From Bugula neritina (taxonomy: Eukaryota > Animalia > Bryozoa), in NCBI GenBank assembly GCA_964035545.1, contig OZ037766.1, forward strand, positions 7,802,722 to 7,866,721: a stretch of 64,000 nucleotides of DNA. Reading direction: 5' to 3'. The notes beneath the pieces are model-generated. The model was given only the letters and a program-made list of their open reading frames with translations. It did not search any database and had not been told where the DNA came from. Positions 40,401-53,532 of this stretch are shown here, piece by piece. The translations under genes and the position numbers were made by a program. Each line of letters opens with the position of its first letter. Position 1 is the stretch's first letter.

Positions 40401-43400
40401 GGAGAGAGGGGAAAGGATGGTATGCCAGGACTTACAGGATTCGCTGGACCCAATGGTCCCAATGGCGACAACGGTAAACCTTTGCATTACTCTACGAACT
40501 ACATCAATGCAAGTAATTTTGACTGTATGTGTTAGAATGATGGGTTGATTATATTATAAATACATTGGGCAAAAATGTTGCATTGATGACTAGTATGGGC
40601 CAGAATTATTATGCATAATAATATATATAATATATTTATGCCAGTGTGTTGTTATAGAGATACTTATATATGCATTCGCTTACAGTTTGTCATTTAAAAA
40701 AATACTGTAGGGTTACCTGGTATGACTGGAATGAAAGGAGAGCGTGGATGGAAAGGAGTAAGTGGACCTAAGGGAGAAAGTGGACCTACTGGTTCACGAG
40801 GAGCCATGGGAGATATCGGTAACATGGGACAGCCCGGTATGCCGGTGAGTATTCATAAGACTATTACAGGCATTATATGAATGTTATAGAGATAAGAATT
40901 ATATTTATATTTTCTAATTATGGTTATACTATTTAATTTAATTAGGGAGAAACCGGACCACCTGGCATGAGAGGACGCCGTGGATTAGCAGGACCAGGAG
41001 GTTTGAGAGGACCAGATGGATTACCTGGTGCACAGGGTGCTGTAGGAAACTCAGGACTTCCTGGAAGCATTGGCTTCACTGGTATACCTGGAGAAAAGGG
41101 AAAGCCTGGCCCAATAGGTCCTAAAGGCAGACAAGGTTTGTCATTGCAAATGCATAAAATTGCAGGAAATCTTTTCTTTGTATAGAATGTAGATGCCATA
41201 ATTACATTTGACAGCATAAGCCTAGAATTGTGCTTGCCTTTAGTCATAATATTATGTCATCATGAGCTATTACTTTATGCAGCAAGTATTTTTCCTATAT
41301 ATATTTATCTTTTGAAAATGATAAATCAAATGTATATTGACCAGGTATGCAGGGTGCCCGCGGGGCTCCCGGAGCAAGAGGAGAACAAGGTGAAGCTGGT
41401 GCAGACGGGCCACAAGGGAGAGCGGGTGCTAATGGTGATTATGGCATTGAAGGAGAAAGAGGACCTCAAGGAGTTCAAGGGCAGCAGGGTCCTAATGGAA
41501 TACCTGGCGACAGTGGAGATGTTGGACTTCCTGGACCTAAAGGACCTCAGGTATGACTCATGCAACTAGTGTAAAAATACTTTGATTTCAGCTTAAATAT
41601 TATTACACTTTGTAGTATTGACTTTAATAAAAACAACCATTTAACAGGGAAATCAAGGAGTTGTCGGTAACCGGGGACCAGTAGGTGTCAAAGGAAATAC
41701 CGGACCTCCAGGTGAAGCAGGAGATGTTGGGCCTAAAGGAAAAGTGGGAAATCGAGGTGATGTAGGTGACATGGGGAATCAAGGTAGTCCTGGAGCTCAA
41801 GGCAAAAGAGGAGATCAGGGCTCTCAAGGAGTTCCAGGTACTTTTTCAAGAACCTACAGCTCGTTAGAAATGTATTCAACATAATCATAATGAATATAAA
41901 CCTTGAACAAATAAAAAACGTAAGTAATGGGTTAAATGCTGAAAGAAAGACTATAAATTTACCAAATATGGCTTCACAACTTTAAAATAAACTGTTGGAA
42001 ATTATTCATTGCTGATCAACTTGACAAAAAAGCTGCTACGCAACCATTGACCTTATTAGGGCTTAATATCAATTGATTTCACAGATTACTACAGTTGGCA
42101 ACTCTTTTGCTTTAGCATACAATAAGAAAATTATTTTTAAGTTAACTCTGTGCTTGTGTAGTTGTTAAATAACAAGATAAACTTGTAGGGTAGCAGTATT
42201 TATCGAACCTTATAAAGACAATCTCTAAAAATTATATAAAATTTCTTACCAAACTATTCTGTGGGGTCTGAAGAGTTGAAAAATCTCATCTCTTAGTTAC
42301 TAGCTGAATCTGTGTTCATATCAGACAATACACGTTGTATTTTGTAGGTGAAGAAGGTTCTGCTGGGCCTACTGGAGAAACTGGTGACAGGGGTTCTTAC
42401 GGCATGACTGGAGACTCTGGTGATTCAGTAAGTATGCACCGTGTCTTTTAGTTGGCTTATATTTGTTATTAGAGTCTATGAATTTCTGCAACATTTGCTT
42501 ATTGTACAGGTTTCAGAATACTTGACTTGTGAGAACTGATAAAGCTTTTTTACCAGAAACATGTGTTTTTAATTGTATTTTTTTAATATTTTTTGTGTAA
42601 AATCTACAATTATGTGTTTTATTGGTTTTATAAAGGTTATTTTCTACTAAGGCTGATGCACTTTAACTATTATTACTGTAGTCCCATTTGCCTATAAATA
42701 ACAATCAACTATAAGTGTATACTACACACCTATTATTAACACATGATTGTCAATTTCACTACCTTTAGCATATTTCATGAGCTTTATGTACTACCTGCAG
42801 GGTGATATTGGTGCCCCAGGTCCAGTGGGTGCTCCTGGTAGACGTGGAACACCTGGTAGACAAGGCCATGATGGACCTCATGGTATACCTGGCTTGCAAG
42901 GTATTGATGGTGTAGATGGAAAGCCAGGGCCAAGTGGAGATAGAGGAAATATGGGTGTTTCAGGTGAGCAATCCAAGAGTTGATGATTCTAATTATAGAG
43001 TCCACTGTTCATGCACTGAGCATAAGTAAATATTTTACTCAAAATTCTAAGATATTGACATTTTGCGTAATGATAGGTCCTCCTGGAAAGAATGGAGATC
43101 CAGGATTAGCTGGAGAAAGAGGATTGGATGGTTTAATGGGACCTACTGGGCCACCTGGACCAATGGGAGATAGAGGTCAAGCAGGGTTTCCAGGACCACA
43201 AGGAGTGCCAGGAGAAAATGTAAATATCTATTTGATTTCAGCGAACATAATTTTATGCTAAGCTGTGGTTTTGTTTTTTGCTTTAAATTTTCAATGATTG
43301 TTGACATTGTATTTGATTATATCTACTCAACATGCTATTAGGGTGCCGCTGGACCAATGGGGCCACCTGGTCAAAGAGGTTTGATGGGATTCACAGGCGA

Positions 43401-46400
43401 ACGTGGACCACCTGGTACACCTGGATCCTTTGGTAATCCTGGAGCTGTAGGAGATCCCGGCCCTGTTGGACAAATGGGCCCGGCTGGTCCACCTGGAGAA
43501 ACTGGTATACCTGGTCTAAAGGTAAATGGCTACATGCACAGAAAATTACATACATGCACAGTGAAACTGTAAGCTTCTTAGGTTATCTTATTTCACAACA
43601 TTAGGCTATTACTCGTCTTATCGTATGTTTGGTACTAACTTGTGTTTTGAACTGAAGGATATTTTCAACAACACTGCATTTTTAGTGTTGCTTTATATTA
43701 GCATAATACATGAATACATGATTTCTATTTTCTACGCAGATAATAAAGTTTTCTTGTTGTTAGTGTTTTGGGGAATGACTTGGCAAGACTGTGTACACTT
43801 AGCACTCAAATTAAGATTGTTGAATATATATATAGTGCACTTGCTAATAGAGTCTTTAAATTGTTTTTTCTAATAATAAATGTGTAGTTAGATATCAAAC
43901 GTAGGTGTTTTTAGTTTCTTATATGTCATTGTATAACATTATAGTACAGACATGCATGCTCATGTCATGTTGTAGGGGCCACATGGTGATGCTGGTGCAG
44001 CTGGCCAACCAGGATTTGCTGGTCCAAATGGAGAGGCCGGTTCTCGTGGTGAAACTGGTGAAGTTGGAGAAATGGGAGAATCTGGTCCACAAGGAGCTCC
44101 AGGTATCACTGGTAGCAAAGGAGAGCGAGGTGACATAGGACCTGCAGGTTAGACACTTACATAACCAACCTAATTTGCTTGGAGAGAATGTCTTTTAAAG
44201 TACATCTTACCGCTTTAGAGTTTTGATCTTTAGTTATAATATTACATAGTTTCCACTCACGGCTAAGAACTATTGGATCATCACATTCATATGCCACACT
44301 ATGAATTAGCTCCATCCTTCATGATGCTTTCTAGGTGCTGATGGAGAGACTGGCCGAAGTGGGCCTGATGGTGACGCAGGTGTCCCTGGATTTCCTGGAC
44401 CTCAAGGACCACAAGGTAATATGGGTCTAGCTGGTAGACAAGGTCCAGATGGAGTACAGGGAGATATAGGACCTGCTGGACAACCAGGTAACACTGGCTC
44501 TACCGGCAAGAGAGGAAAGCAGGTATAAAAAATCTTATACCAATAATTTGAAATATTTTATTACTAGTAACATTTGCAAATATTAAAAACTCTCCTAATA
44601 TTGCAATTGGTAGCCATTATCTGTCAATGAACTGTAAATGAGTTTCACACAGTTGGGCTCAACATCAGAGTCTGACAAGTTTCACAGTAATTACAGAGCT
44701 TTGATTGATGTCTTCAGGGTGCAGCAGGAGTTCAAGGAGAGCCAGGTGGTGTTGGAGAATCCGGACCTATGGGTCCTAAAGGAGAAATGGGCATTCCTGG
44801 GCCTCGTGGAGAGGTGGGAGACCAGGGACTCCAAGGAGAACAAGGAGTTGCAGGTTAATTGTTTATGTCATTTATTATAATATGTATCAATTCTAGTGAA
44901 TGTAAATATAAACTTGAAATAATTTGTATGTTCTAATAGTTGTTCATTTACAAAGATAGTAGCATGTCTGTATGTAGCAAGATTTTTGCTGTTAATATGC
45001 GACTGTTATGGTTCAGATTACTATTTATGCTTCACTTCCAATTTATACGCACAGGTAGTCAGCGATCAAAATAGTTTTCATTATTAGTTTATACTTTAAA
45101 AATTAAAACTAACTTAATATACCATCAACAGGTGACGAAGGAGATGTTGGGGCACAGGGTGCTCCTGGATCACGTGGCGATGCTGGTGACGCTGGAGATT
45201 CTGGACCACAGGGAATGCCTGGACGTAATGGAGAAGATGGTTAGTTATTATGGTTAACAGTTATGTTCGTATTACCAACACACGTACATGCCGATTACAA
45301 TCATATACTGTTTGCTATATATATATATATGTCATTATTGTATATTTAGAAAATAAACATTACATATATGTAATTTTTAAGTGATTATTATTGTATACTG
45401 CATTTGGTTTGCACAAATATTCATTATTGTAAATTAGGAAATTCTGTGCCCATAACATATTTTACCAAAATTATGTGTTTAGGTGGCCAGGGGCCAACTG
45501 GATTGATTGGACCACCTGGACCTCAGGGTTTACAAGGCATGGATGGAGATGACGGAGAACCCGGCAGTGTGGGTGAACCAGGTGCTCAAGGAAGCGATGT
45601 AAGTGTGACCTGACATTACATACATAATTATATTCAGTGTTGCATAATAGGGCTGCAGTGGAAATAATTTAAAATATTGATCGCTGTACTAGATGATTGT
45701 TGAAAATGTATATTTCTTAAACTATATGTGATGATAAATTAATGATACATAGGGAAAAGTATAATTTTATTTATTCAACAATGATTAGTGAATAGTGAAA
45801 AGTATATTTGAGGCTTTTGCTTAAAACTTTACTCTCTTGAGTAAAAACAGTGATAATCTTGTAACGGTGGGAATCAGCTTATTCTAATAACTATGTATTT
45901 GTTACATTGGTAGGGCCCAATAGGTGCTCCTGGTCCAACCGGACCTGCTGGTGAAGCAGGAGTTTCTGGAGGGAAAGGACCACAGGGAGATAAGGGAGAT
46001 ACTGGAGAAATGGGACATCCTGGCTCTATTGGAATGTTTGGTGAAGATGGACCACAGGGGCCCACAGGGCCAATGGTAGCACTAAAACATACTTAAAACT
46101 TAAAGATTTATGTGTTCATGTTACATCTTAGCTATTTAGATTTATACTTGTACTATTATACTGAGGCATGTATTAGGGAGATCCAGGTGAAGATGGAAGA
46201 AATGGTAGAGATGGCAACCCTGGACTAGCCGGTATGCCAGGCCAACCAGGACCTAGAGGTATTAGAGGAGACGTCGGACCACCTGGCAATGGTGGCAGAG
46301 ATGGTATGCCTGGAAGGTCCGGTCCTGCTGGAGATAAGGGTGTCCTCGGCTCCATAGGTAACTCCACCATTTACCAAATATGTGATATAGTGGAATATAA

Positions 46401-49400
46401 TTTGTTGGTTTGTTGTGTTTCTCTGTTCTACCATTACAAGTGACTTTAGAACACAAACGTTAAAAAAATAATATGCATGTCATGTTTATAAGAATTTATT
46501 AAAACCTGATTCCTGTGTGTTTCAGGTATACCTGGTGTACCTGGTGTTCAGGGTTCTCAAGGTAGACCTGGCCCTCAAGGTCCTTTTGGTGATGCTGGAC
46601 CACGAGGACCACAGGGAGAGACCGGACCACTAGGAGCTCCAGGTAGGCGATGCAATTAATATAATATTTCTGAATAGTGTAGCCCATGCATTAATGTCCA
46701 GGTGAACTATCATATTAATAAGCTGAAAAACTTAACTTAAAAATTGTTTTTGTATGATTATTGGGAGAATTAATTATAAAACTAATTATACTGGAAATAG
46801 AATTAAAGATTAAGGTACCCAATATAAGATGTAAACAAATTGATTTGATTTGATTTTAAATGACTCATTTTAATAGATGTTAAATATTCCTAGTAATGTA
46901 TTTAACAGAGAGTCTGAAATTGATAGATTATTTTTGCTCGTTATTGCTAACAATTTTTTTTTATAGGGATGCCTGGAGCTTTGGGTGCTCCTGGACCAGA
47001 AGGAAGCCAAGGTCAAGGTGGTGAAAGAGGTAACAAAGGTGAACCTGGAGACAAGGGAATAACAGGAGAACGTGGCTTGCCAGGCTCACAAGGACAAACT
47101 GTAAGTGATTTCTGTTGATAGTCATGTACGCAAAGAAAACTGTTGTTGGTCATGATAGCTTAGTTTACATATAGTGTATAATAACTGCCATCTGCATGTA
47201 TGTACAACTCTAATGATGACTGAAATTATTTCAGGGGCCCCCAGGAGATAGCGGCTTTGTTGGCTCAGATGGTCCAATGGGACTACGGGGTGACAGGGGA
47301 CCCATGGGTGGGGCTGGAGCACCTGGTAAATCTGGACCTGTAGGCGTAGCAGGTCCTCCAGGAGCTAAAGGTCCTCAGGGTGATGATGGAAATGTTGGAG
47401 CAACCGGCGCCCCAGGTAGAATTAATCAATTTTCTTCTTCATAGATGTAGTATTATCTTGGTATGGCATAACATATATTTCCCCAGTTTTTCTATATTTG
47501 ATACATTAATTAATTTTAGGTAGTAATACGTATCTGATACATTGGTTAATAATGTAGTGACACAGTTCTGATATATCGATTAATAAGGTAGCGCTGGTGT
47601 GACTGGAAGCCCTGGCGAAGTGACTGAAGAAGGTTTAATGAGTATGTTGAGAAGACCAGCTAGTGCAATGGGTAGTAGAAAAATGCAAAATGACGACAGT
47701 AATGCATACGATGAGCTTACTATTCTTCAACAATTAGTTGATGGTAAGTTTATTTATAAGCTCTTTCTACATTTATTTGTTTTGAACTTTTGAGAAATTA
47801 GCTTTATGGCCCTAATTTAAGTTAACTGTAGTTACTACTGTGTGTCTTAATATTATAATAAATGTCTGTATAAACATTAACAGTGATATTTGTGTATTAG
47901 CTTACACGATTTCAACAGAAACCAAGAAAATGGTGCCACAAACATTGAATAATTACTAAAACTACGAATTGCTTTAAAAAGCATTTAAATCCACGTTCAA
48001 AGAAATTGTATGTTGTTACAGAGGAATGTAGATTTTTTGTCTGATGCATGCACATGCTGCTGAGTGTAACTGCACTCGAGATAAATCATGACAAAAATTA
48101 TGAATTCTTATTGCTAAAAATTATTTCTAGTTGTTCAACAATAAAATTCCCAATCTTTATAACGGATAAAATCTTGTTGCATTTACAGAAGTTATATTTA
48201 CACAACATATACCAATATTGTATGGGTGTGTCTTAAGATATTCAATAATTGCAGATATAAGGACACCTAAAGGAACTAAGGCATCACCTGCTAGAACATG
48301 TCAGGATCTACACAAGGTGAACCCAGATCTGCAAGATGGAGAATATTATATAGATCCTAATCTAGGAACAAGGTATTAATAGCACACAATTAATAGTATG
48401 CCGTGCATGTAGTAAGGTTGTTATCACACCTTTCTAATTCTGATATCCAATATTGTAGCCGAGATGCTCTAAAAGTAAAATGTAAGATGTCAACCGGTGA
48501 GACGTGTGTTATCCCCAACCCTAACACAATTCAAATGAAAAACTTACAAGAGGAAGGACTAGGTCATACATGGTTTTCAGATATGTCTGATGGTCATATT
48601 GTAAGCATCACTTAAATTATATTGTATCTTATAATGTGTGGAGTATAAGTTTATTGTATCAGTAGTATCAACTGTATCAGTAGCAGCCAAAGATAACTCC
48701 AATTTATGCACAAACCTACGAGAAAATGCTATACTGTAGATAAAACATGAATGTGGAAAATATCTGCAAATATGATTGGAGCATATTCATTTATTTTTTT
48801 TAATTGAAGTTCCATTTATATAAAATTATTGCTCATTTGTCTTTTTCTATGTTTGCTTGCTGACTTTGTTATATTATTCAATTAAATAGACGATAATGAT
48901 GATCGTGCTACACATCTACTGCAATTAATTATATCATTTATGTAGCAATATATATTGCTTTTCATGTTTTTATATAATAATATAATGTTTAATTTCAGTT
49001 CACCTACAAAATCGACAAATTCCAGCTCAACTTCTTGCAACTTATGAGTGATGTTGCCACACAACAGATCACATATAATTGCCATAACTCTGTAGCGTAT
49101 TACAACAGTAAGAACTCTACATTAGATCAAGCCATAAAGCTGCTTACATCTGATGAGAACATCCTGACAGCTAACTCGAAACCCAGTCTAACGTACAAAA
49201 TGCTTTCAGATAGCTGCCAGGTAAGAATATTCTGTTACTTATAAGACTGCTGTGACTTTTTAATGCAATGCAGGTGTATTTTTATTTACTTTCTAAGCTG
49301 CAGAGCCATTTCAGTCAAGAATCACATTTTACTTAATCAATGCTCCAAGAAGTTGTGCTCTCTTGCTTGCTTTCTGGTCATTTGTATGTGTGCACGAGTG

Positions 49401-49943
49401 ATATATGTGTAATTTTATAAATAGTATGAATAGTAAGAAATAAAATGAAAAAATCATTTCTATATATTTCAACTCAGTAGGACGCAGGGTTAGGAGATAT
49501 TTTTGTTCTTAGATAGTTTTTAGTGCTAAAAGTGAAAATGTTGGACCTGTTGAGCAAAGCAAACATTGCTTAATATAAAATAGAGTTACATTTTTCAAAA
49601 GCGGCATTAATTTTATCATAAGCAACTTTTAGCGTCGCTATTTTCTTATTCATCACATGACATTGCTTCAAACTTTAATTAGCCTTTTTCATTTATTATT
49701 TAATAAGCCTACATAGTAATGCAATTTTTGTTTTATTCAAACTTCATGTATCTTTTTATTTGATTTAATTCTTTGTTTGCCTTAACTGTGTAGAATGGAA
49801 ATGTTGATGAATGGGGGAGAACTATATTTGAAGTAAAGACATTTAGAGCTCAGAGATTACCAATCGTGGACATTGCACCTTACCTCTCGGAAGATCCAAC
49901 TCAAGAGATTGAGTTACAGTTAGGTGAAGTCTGCTTCAGTTAA
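34489..49943 (+). CDS. Fibrillar collagen alpha chain (clade A-like) with COLFI C-propeptide, about 1373 aa, 27 exons
   Basis: Exons 34489-34561 (signal peptide), 35208-35377 (13-triplet minor helix), 37084-37167 (telopeptide DLKGP), 40248-40473, 40711-40844, 40946-41135, 41345-41550, 41648-41837, 42348-42427, 42801-42963, 43077-43219, 43342-43521, 43976-44147, 44335-44522, 44718-44853, 45132-45239, 45483-45598, 45914-46075, 46177-46357, 46526-46642, 46967-47100, 47235-47415, 47588-47743, 48255-48372, 48459-48600, 48999-49220, 49794-49943. 338 uninterrupted Gly-X-Y triplets (1014 aa). COLFI motifs [49 protein letters not shown]. Confidence 0.97.
37225..37535. mobile_element. Non-autonomous hAT (Charlie-like) MITE, 311 bp, in collagen intron 3
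   Basis: Terminal inverted repeats CAGGGGTGTTCAAC and, reverse-complemented, CAGGACTGTTTAAC (11/14). Perfect 8-bp target duplication ATCTAGAC at 37217-37224 and 37536-37543, matching the NTCTAGAN preference of Charlie-type hATs. Confidence 0.85.
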
Positions 49944-50844
49944 AGCTAACCACCAACTGAATAAAATATCACCTAAACATTAAATATTTATACAGCAACT
50001 TGATAACGTTGCTTAGCTTGGCACATCAACGGCCGTGTAGAATAAAAGTCCTAATAGCTTGTGACAATTAGAATCAATTTTAGATGTGTGAATGCAATTT
50101 AAACAGTGGCATATCTAAGCATTTATCTAAAATTAAATGTTTTAAAAATTACACATGTAACTTTTTAATATATACACAAATAATGCTTTTATTGGAATGT
50201 TAGAGTAAATACAAAAATGTTTTTGAATAAAAATATTTTCATACACATGCTGAATAAGGTTTACTATGACATAGAATAATCAAATCTCAGTATAACAATC
50301 ATTTTGGTGCTAATTGTAAATAATATCTAATAATTATCTCTTCCATAAAACAAAATAATGTATTGTTATACTCTTTGTTTTCTATAACTTGGATTAACAA
50401 AGATGTGCTATATTCAATAATCACAATACATTCATGTATGAACTGGTATGTAGGTTTTAGAAAAATAAACAAAGTTTTATAATTTGTGAATTTGTTTTGT
50501 TATACAAAATCCTCAAACATTGTGTCATCGATGATACAATGAAAGCTTTCAATTTAGTTGAAACTAATTATATGCGTGTTCTTTGTGCTATAAACATATC
50601 TCAAATAGTAAATGAGTTGCAATGAAGCAGCAAAGTATAATGTGGTTAGTATGTTTGTCATAAAGCCAAGAGTTGTTCCAAATTCTGTAGCAGGTTAATA
50701 GCTGAATTATGGCTGATTTTACTAAAATATCAAAAAGTTGTTGAGAATTTGAATCATCTGCATTTTGCTATGTGCAGCAGGCCAAGCGTTGTGCAAAGTA
50801 TGCTCTGCCAAATATAGCTCAAGTAGTCTTCAAGAAGTGCTATG

Positions 50845-51125
50845 TAGTATACAATATATGTACAGTATATATACAGTATATCATGTACACTATGAAGTAC
50901 AATATATACACATTATGTGTTGTAATATATGTACAGTATAGAGTACAGTATATGTGCATTATGCATACATACAGTATATATACAGTATGTAGTACAATAT
51001 ATGTACATTATGTAGGACAGTAGATGTACATTATGTAGTACAGTATATGCACACTATGTATTGCAATATATGTACAGTATAGAGTACAGTATATGTACAT
51101 TATGTAGGACAGAATATATTAAACA
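50845..51125. repeat. Degenerate TACAGTATA/TACATTATG satellite
   Basis: Repeated short units with internal duplication of ATATATGTACAGTATAGAGTACAGTATATGT; explains ORF 50772-51023. Confidence 0.8.
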
Positions 51126-53337
51126 CTATACGTACTAGCATGGCACAGCTGATGTGGATAGTGCAGTGGCTAGTGCAAGTCATAGCAGATGTCACTTTCT
51201 CATCATTTTGAGTTCATTATTGACTATTATATTCTTTTTTATGCCACAAGTCTTTGAACAAAGACACTCTTAATGCATTGAGCAGTTCATTTCGCATGCT
51301 ATTCCATTTGCAAACACACTTTCGATAATGCCCATCATTCATGGTATAGTTTGCTTACGGATGTTTTGTTGTTCTTTGCAGGTGATCGGCTTACAAAAAA
51401 CACCATAATAAGTACGCAGTAATTAAAGTTATACCGCTTGAGTTAAATTCACAATTTTTGTTTAAGTAATTCATTATAAAGCTATTCACACCAGGAGCCA
51501 TTGTTATAGTCTGCTTTAGGCATCAGCTGCTGCCTATAGCAACTGACAATATCTTATCTTTCATTCACTTCACTGCTCTAAAAATTTAGGTGCAGTGTTA
51601 ATATTGCAGCAAAATTAACCTTCATTATTGTCACATGCATTAGCAATTTCCTGAACTACAAGAGCTTGTTTGTAAGTACGAGTGGTGCACTGAATACCCC
51701 CATTCTTGTAACTATGGAACTTAAGTTAGTCAATGTGCACTATCTTATTCCCATCATGTTATGTCAATGTTTAATCTTTTTGTAATCAGTTTTCACTCTT
51801 CCCAAATGAAAATTATATTATATAATATTATATAGATATATTAAATATAATATACGTGTGTATATATAACAATAATAATAAAAGCAAATTAAAATATGCT
51901 TTTAGACCATCTCTGCAACTAGTACAGCAACTTATTATTTCTGGCAATATGTTTCTTTAATATGCATTCTATGCAGGGTCAACATGTAGTAGTGAGCACG
52001 AAGACAGTAGTATTATACCTAGCAAATAACTTGCGTACTTGATACTTAAAGCATAACTACTATTTAGATGTAGGTAAAAATGGTGTTGAAAATTAAAATA
52101 TCAATCACTTGAGTGAAGACATCTCAAAATGTATCATGTCACCCCATCATATACATTTCTGCTGACTCATAAGGAATATAAAATCATTGTACGCTTATAA
52201 GATATTTGCAGTTACATATGATAGATAGTACACATCTAGGCCTGAAGCTAGAAAAGACATGTATGACACTAGTCAATGTAACACAAGCAATCAATGTTTG
52301 CCAATTCATTTCTTCATTTAATTATGCAGATTTGATTCCTTCTGCTAATTTAATGAAGGGAGATTATTACCAGTCTCCAGAAATAATTAGGAGTGTTTCA
52401 AAGTTGAGGATAGACAAAGAAGAGCATACGGGTAGTGCCTTGAGTTATTATGTAAAATCACGCCACTAATAGCCCAAGCTGTGAGCCCTATAACGAAAAA
52501 GGCTGGAACCAACAGATAACCACTAATATAGGCATATCATAATATAATATTATATTATATTATATTGATGCAGTATGTACACTCGTGCACTGGATTAGCC
52601 AGTATCCTATCTAAGGTGCATATGGTTAACCGCACTATGTCTATCTACTGGACATATACATTATATATTATTGGCTCATATGTCAGTTATATTTATACTT
52701 TACAACATAGAAAATTTTTCTGAAATTAGTCAATAATATTTTAAAGTTTTTTGCCTCCCCCTAGCACATCATTAGATTTACATAATCATGAAGATATGCA
52801 TCAGAACAGTCTGTTTTTTAATATAAGAAAGGAAAAGTGTTCCATAACTGCTGTTATATGAACAGCTAAATCATACTTTATCTTGATATAATAACTGCTT
52901 TCCACATTTTAGTTTTCCTGCATTACATGATGCATTTTTTACTGTGTAGGTATACAAAAACTATGTTAATTACTTAAAATCGGCAATCTTGAAATTTGAT
53001 CTAAAAATACCAACAAGTGCTTTTTTAATATGTTTAGTACAGTATATGACAAAAAGCAATGTGCCGTTGATTATTATAGGATATGTTACCATTGAGACAT
53101 ATTTGCAAGTTGTAACATAGATATGCCTATTTATTAATTCTAAAATCATCAACTATTTCAAATTATTATACTCTATGGGAAGGAAGTGAGCAACAACCTA
53201 CTGGAACAATTTAAACTAATTGCAACAATGCAACCAGGCTGCAAAAGTTCTAGTTATATATGATACATTTTCCTCACGATGAGCAGAGGGCATTACATAT
53301 ATTGCATTGTCAATTGGGGCATAAAAATCTTAAAAGA

Positions 53338-53532
53338 CTGATCAGGTAATCAGTTGACTATGTGATTAGGTAATCATTTGATCAGGTGACCAGTTGACTT
53401 ACTGACTAGGAGACTAGTTGTCTACTTGACTATTTGACTATTTGATCAGTTGACTAAGTCATCAGTTGACTAGCTGACTAGGTGATCAGTTGACTAAGTC
53501 ATTACTTGACCATGCAGGTGACCAGATGAGTT
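53338..53532. repeat. 8-nt-periodic degenerate tandem array (TGACTAGK/TGATCAGT)
   Basis: Recurrent CAGTTGACTA and GGTGATCAGT units with about 8/16-nt periodicity. Confidence 0.75.

Noticed and set aside
40200-47322. Minus-strand and alternative-frame ORFs over the collagen gene (e.g. 40200-40487, 40942-41247, 45874-46065, 46173-46370)
   Set aside because: Shadows of Gly-X-Y codon periodicity, with no independent splice structure.
47901-48007. Exon-like segment between collagen exons 23 and 24
   Set aside because: Stops in all three frames; exons 23 and 24 join directly in phase (LVD-DIRTPKG).
49778-49793. U12-like branch motif TGCCTTAAC before the last collagen exon
   Set aside because: The donor of this intron is a standard gtaaga, so it is U2-type.
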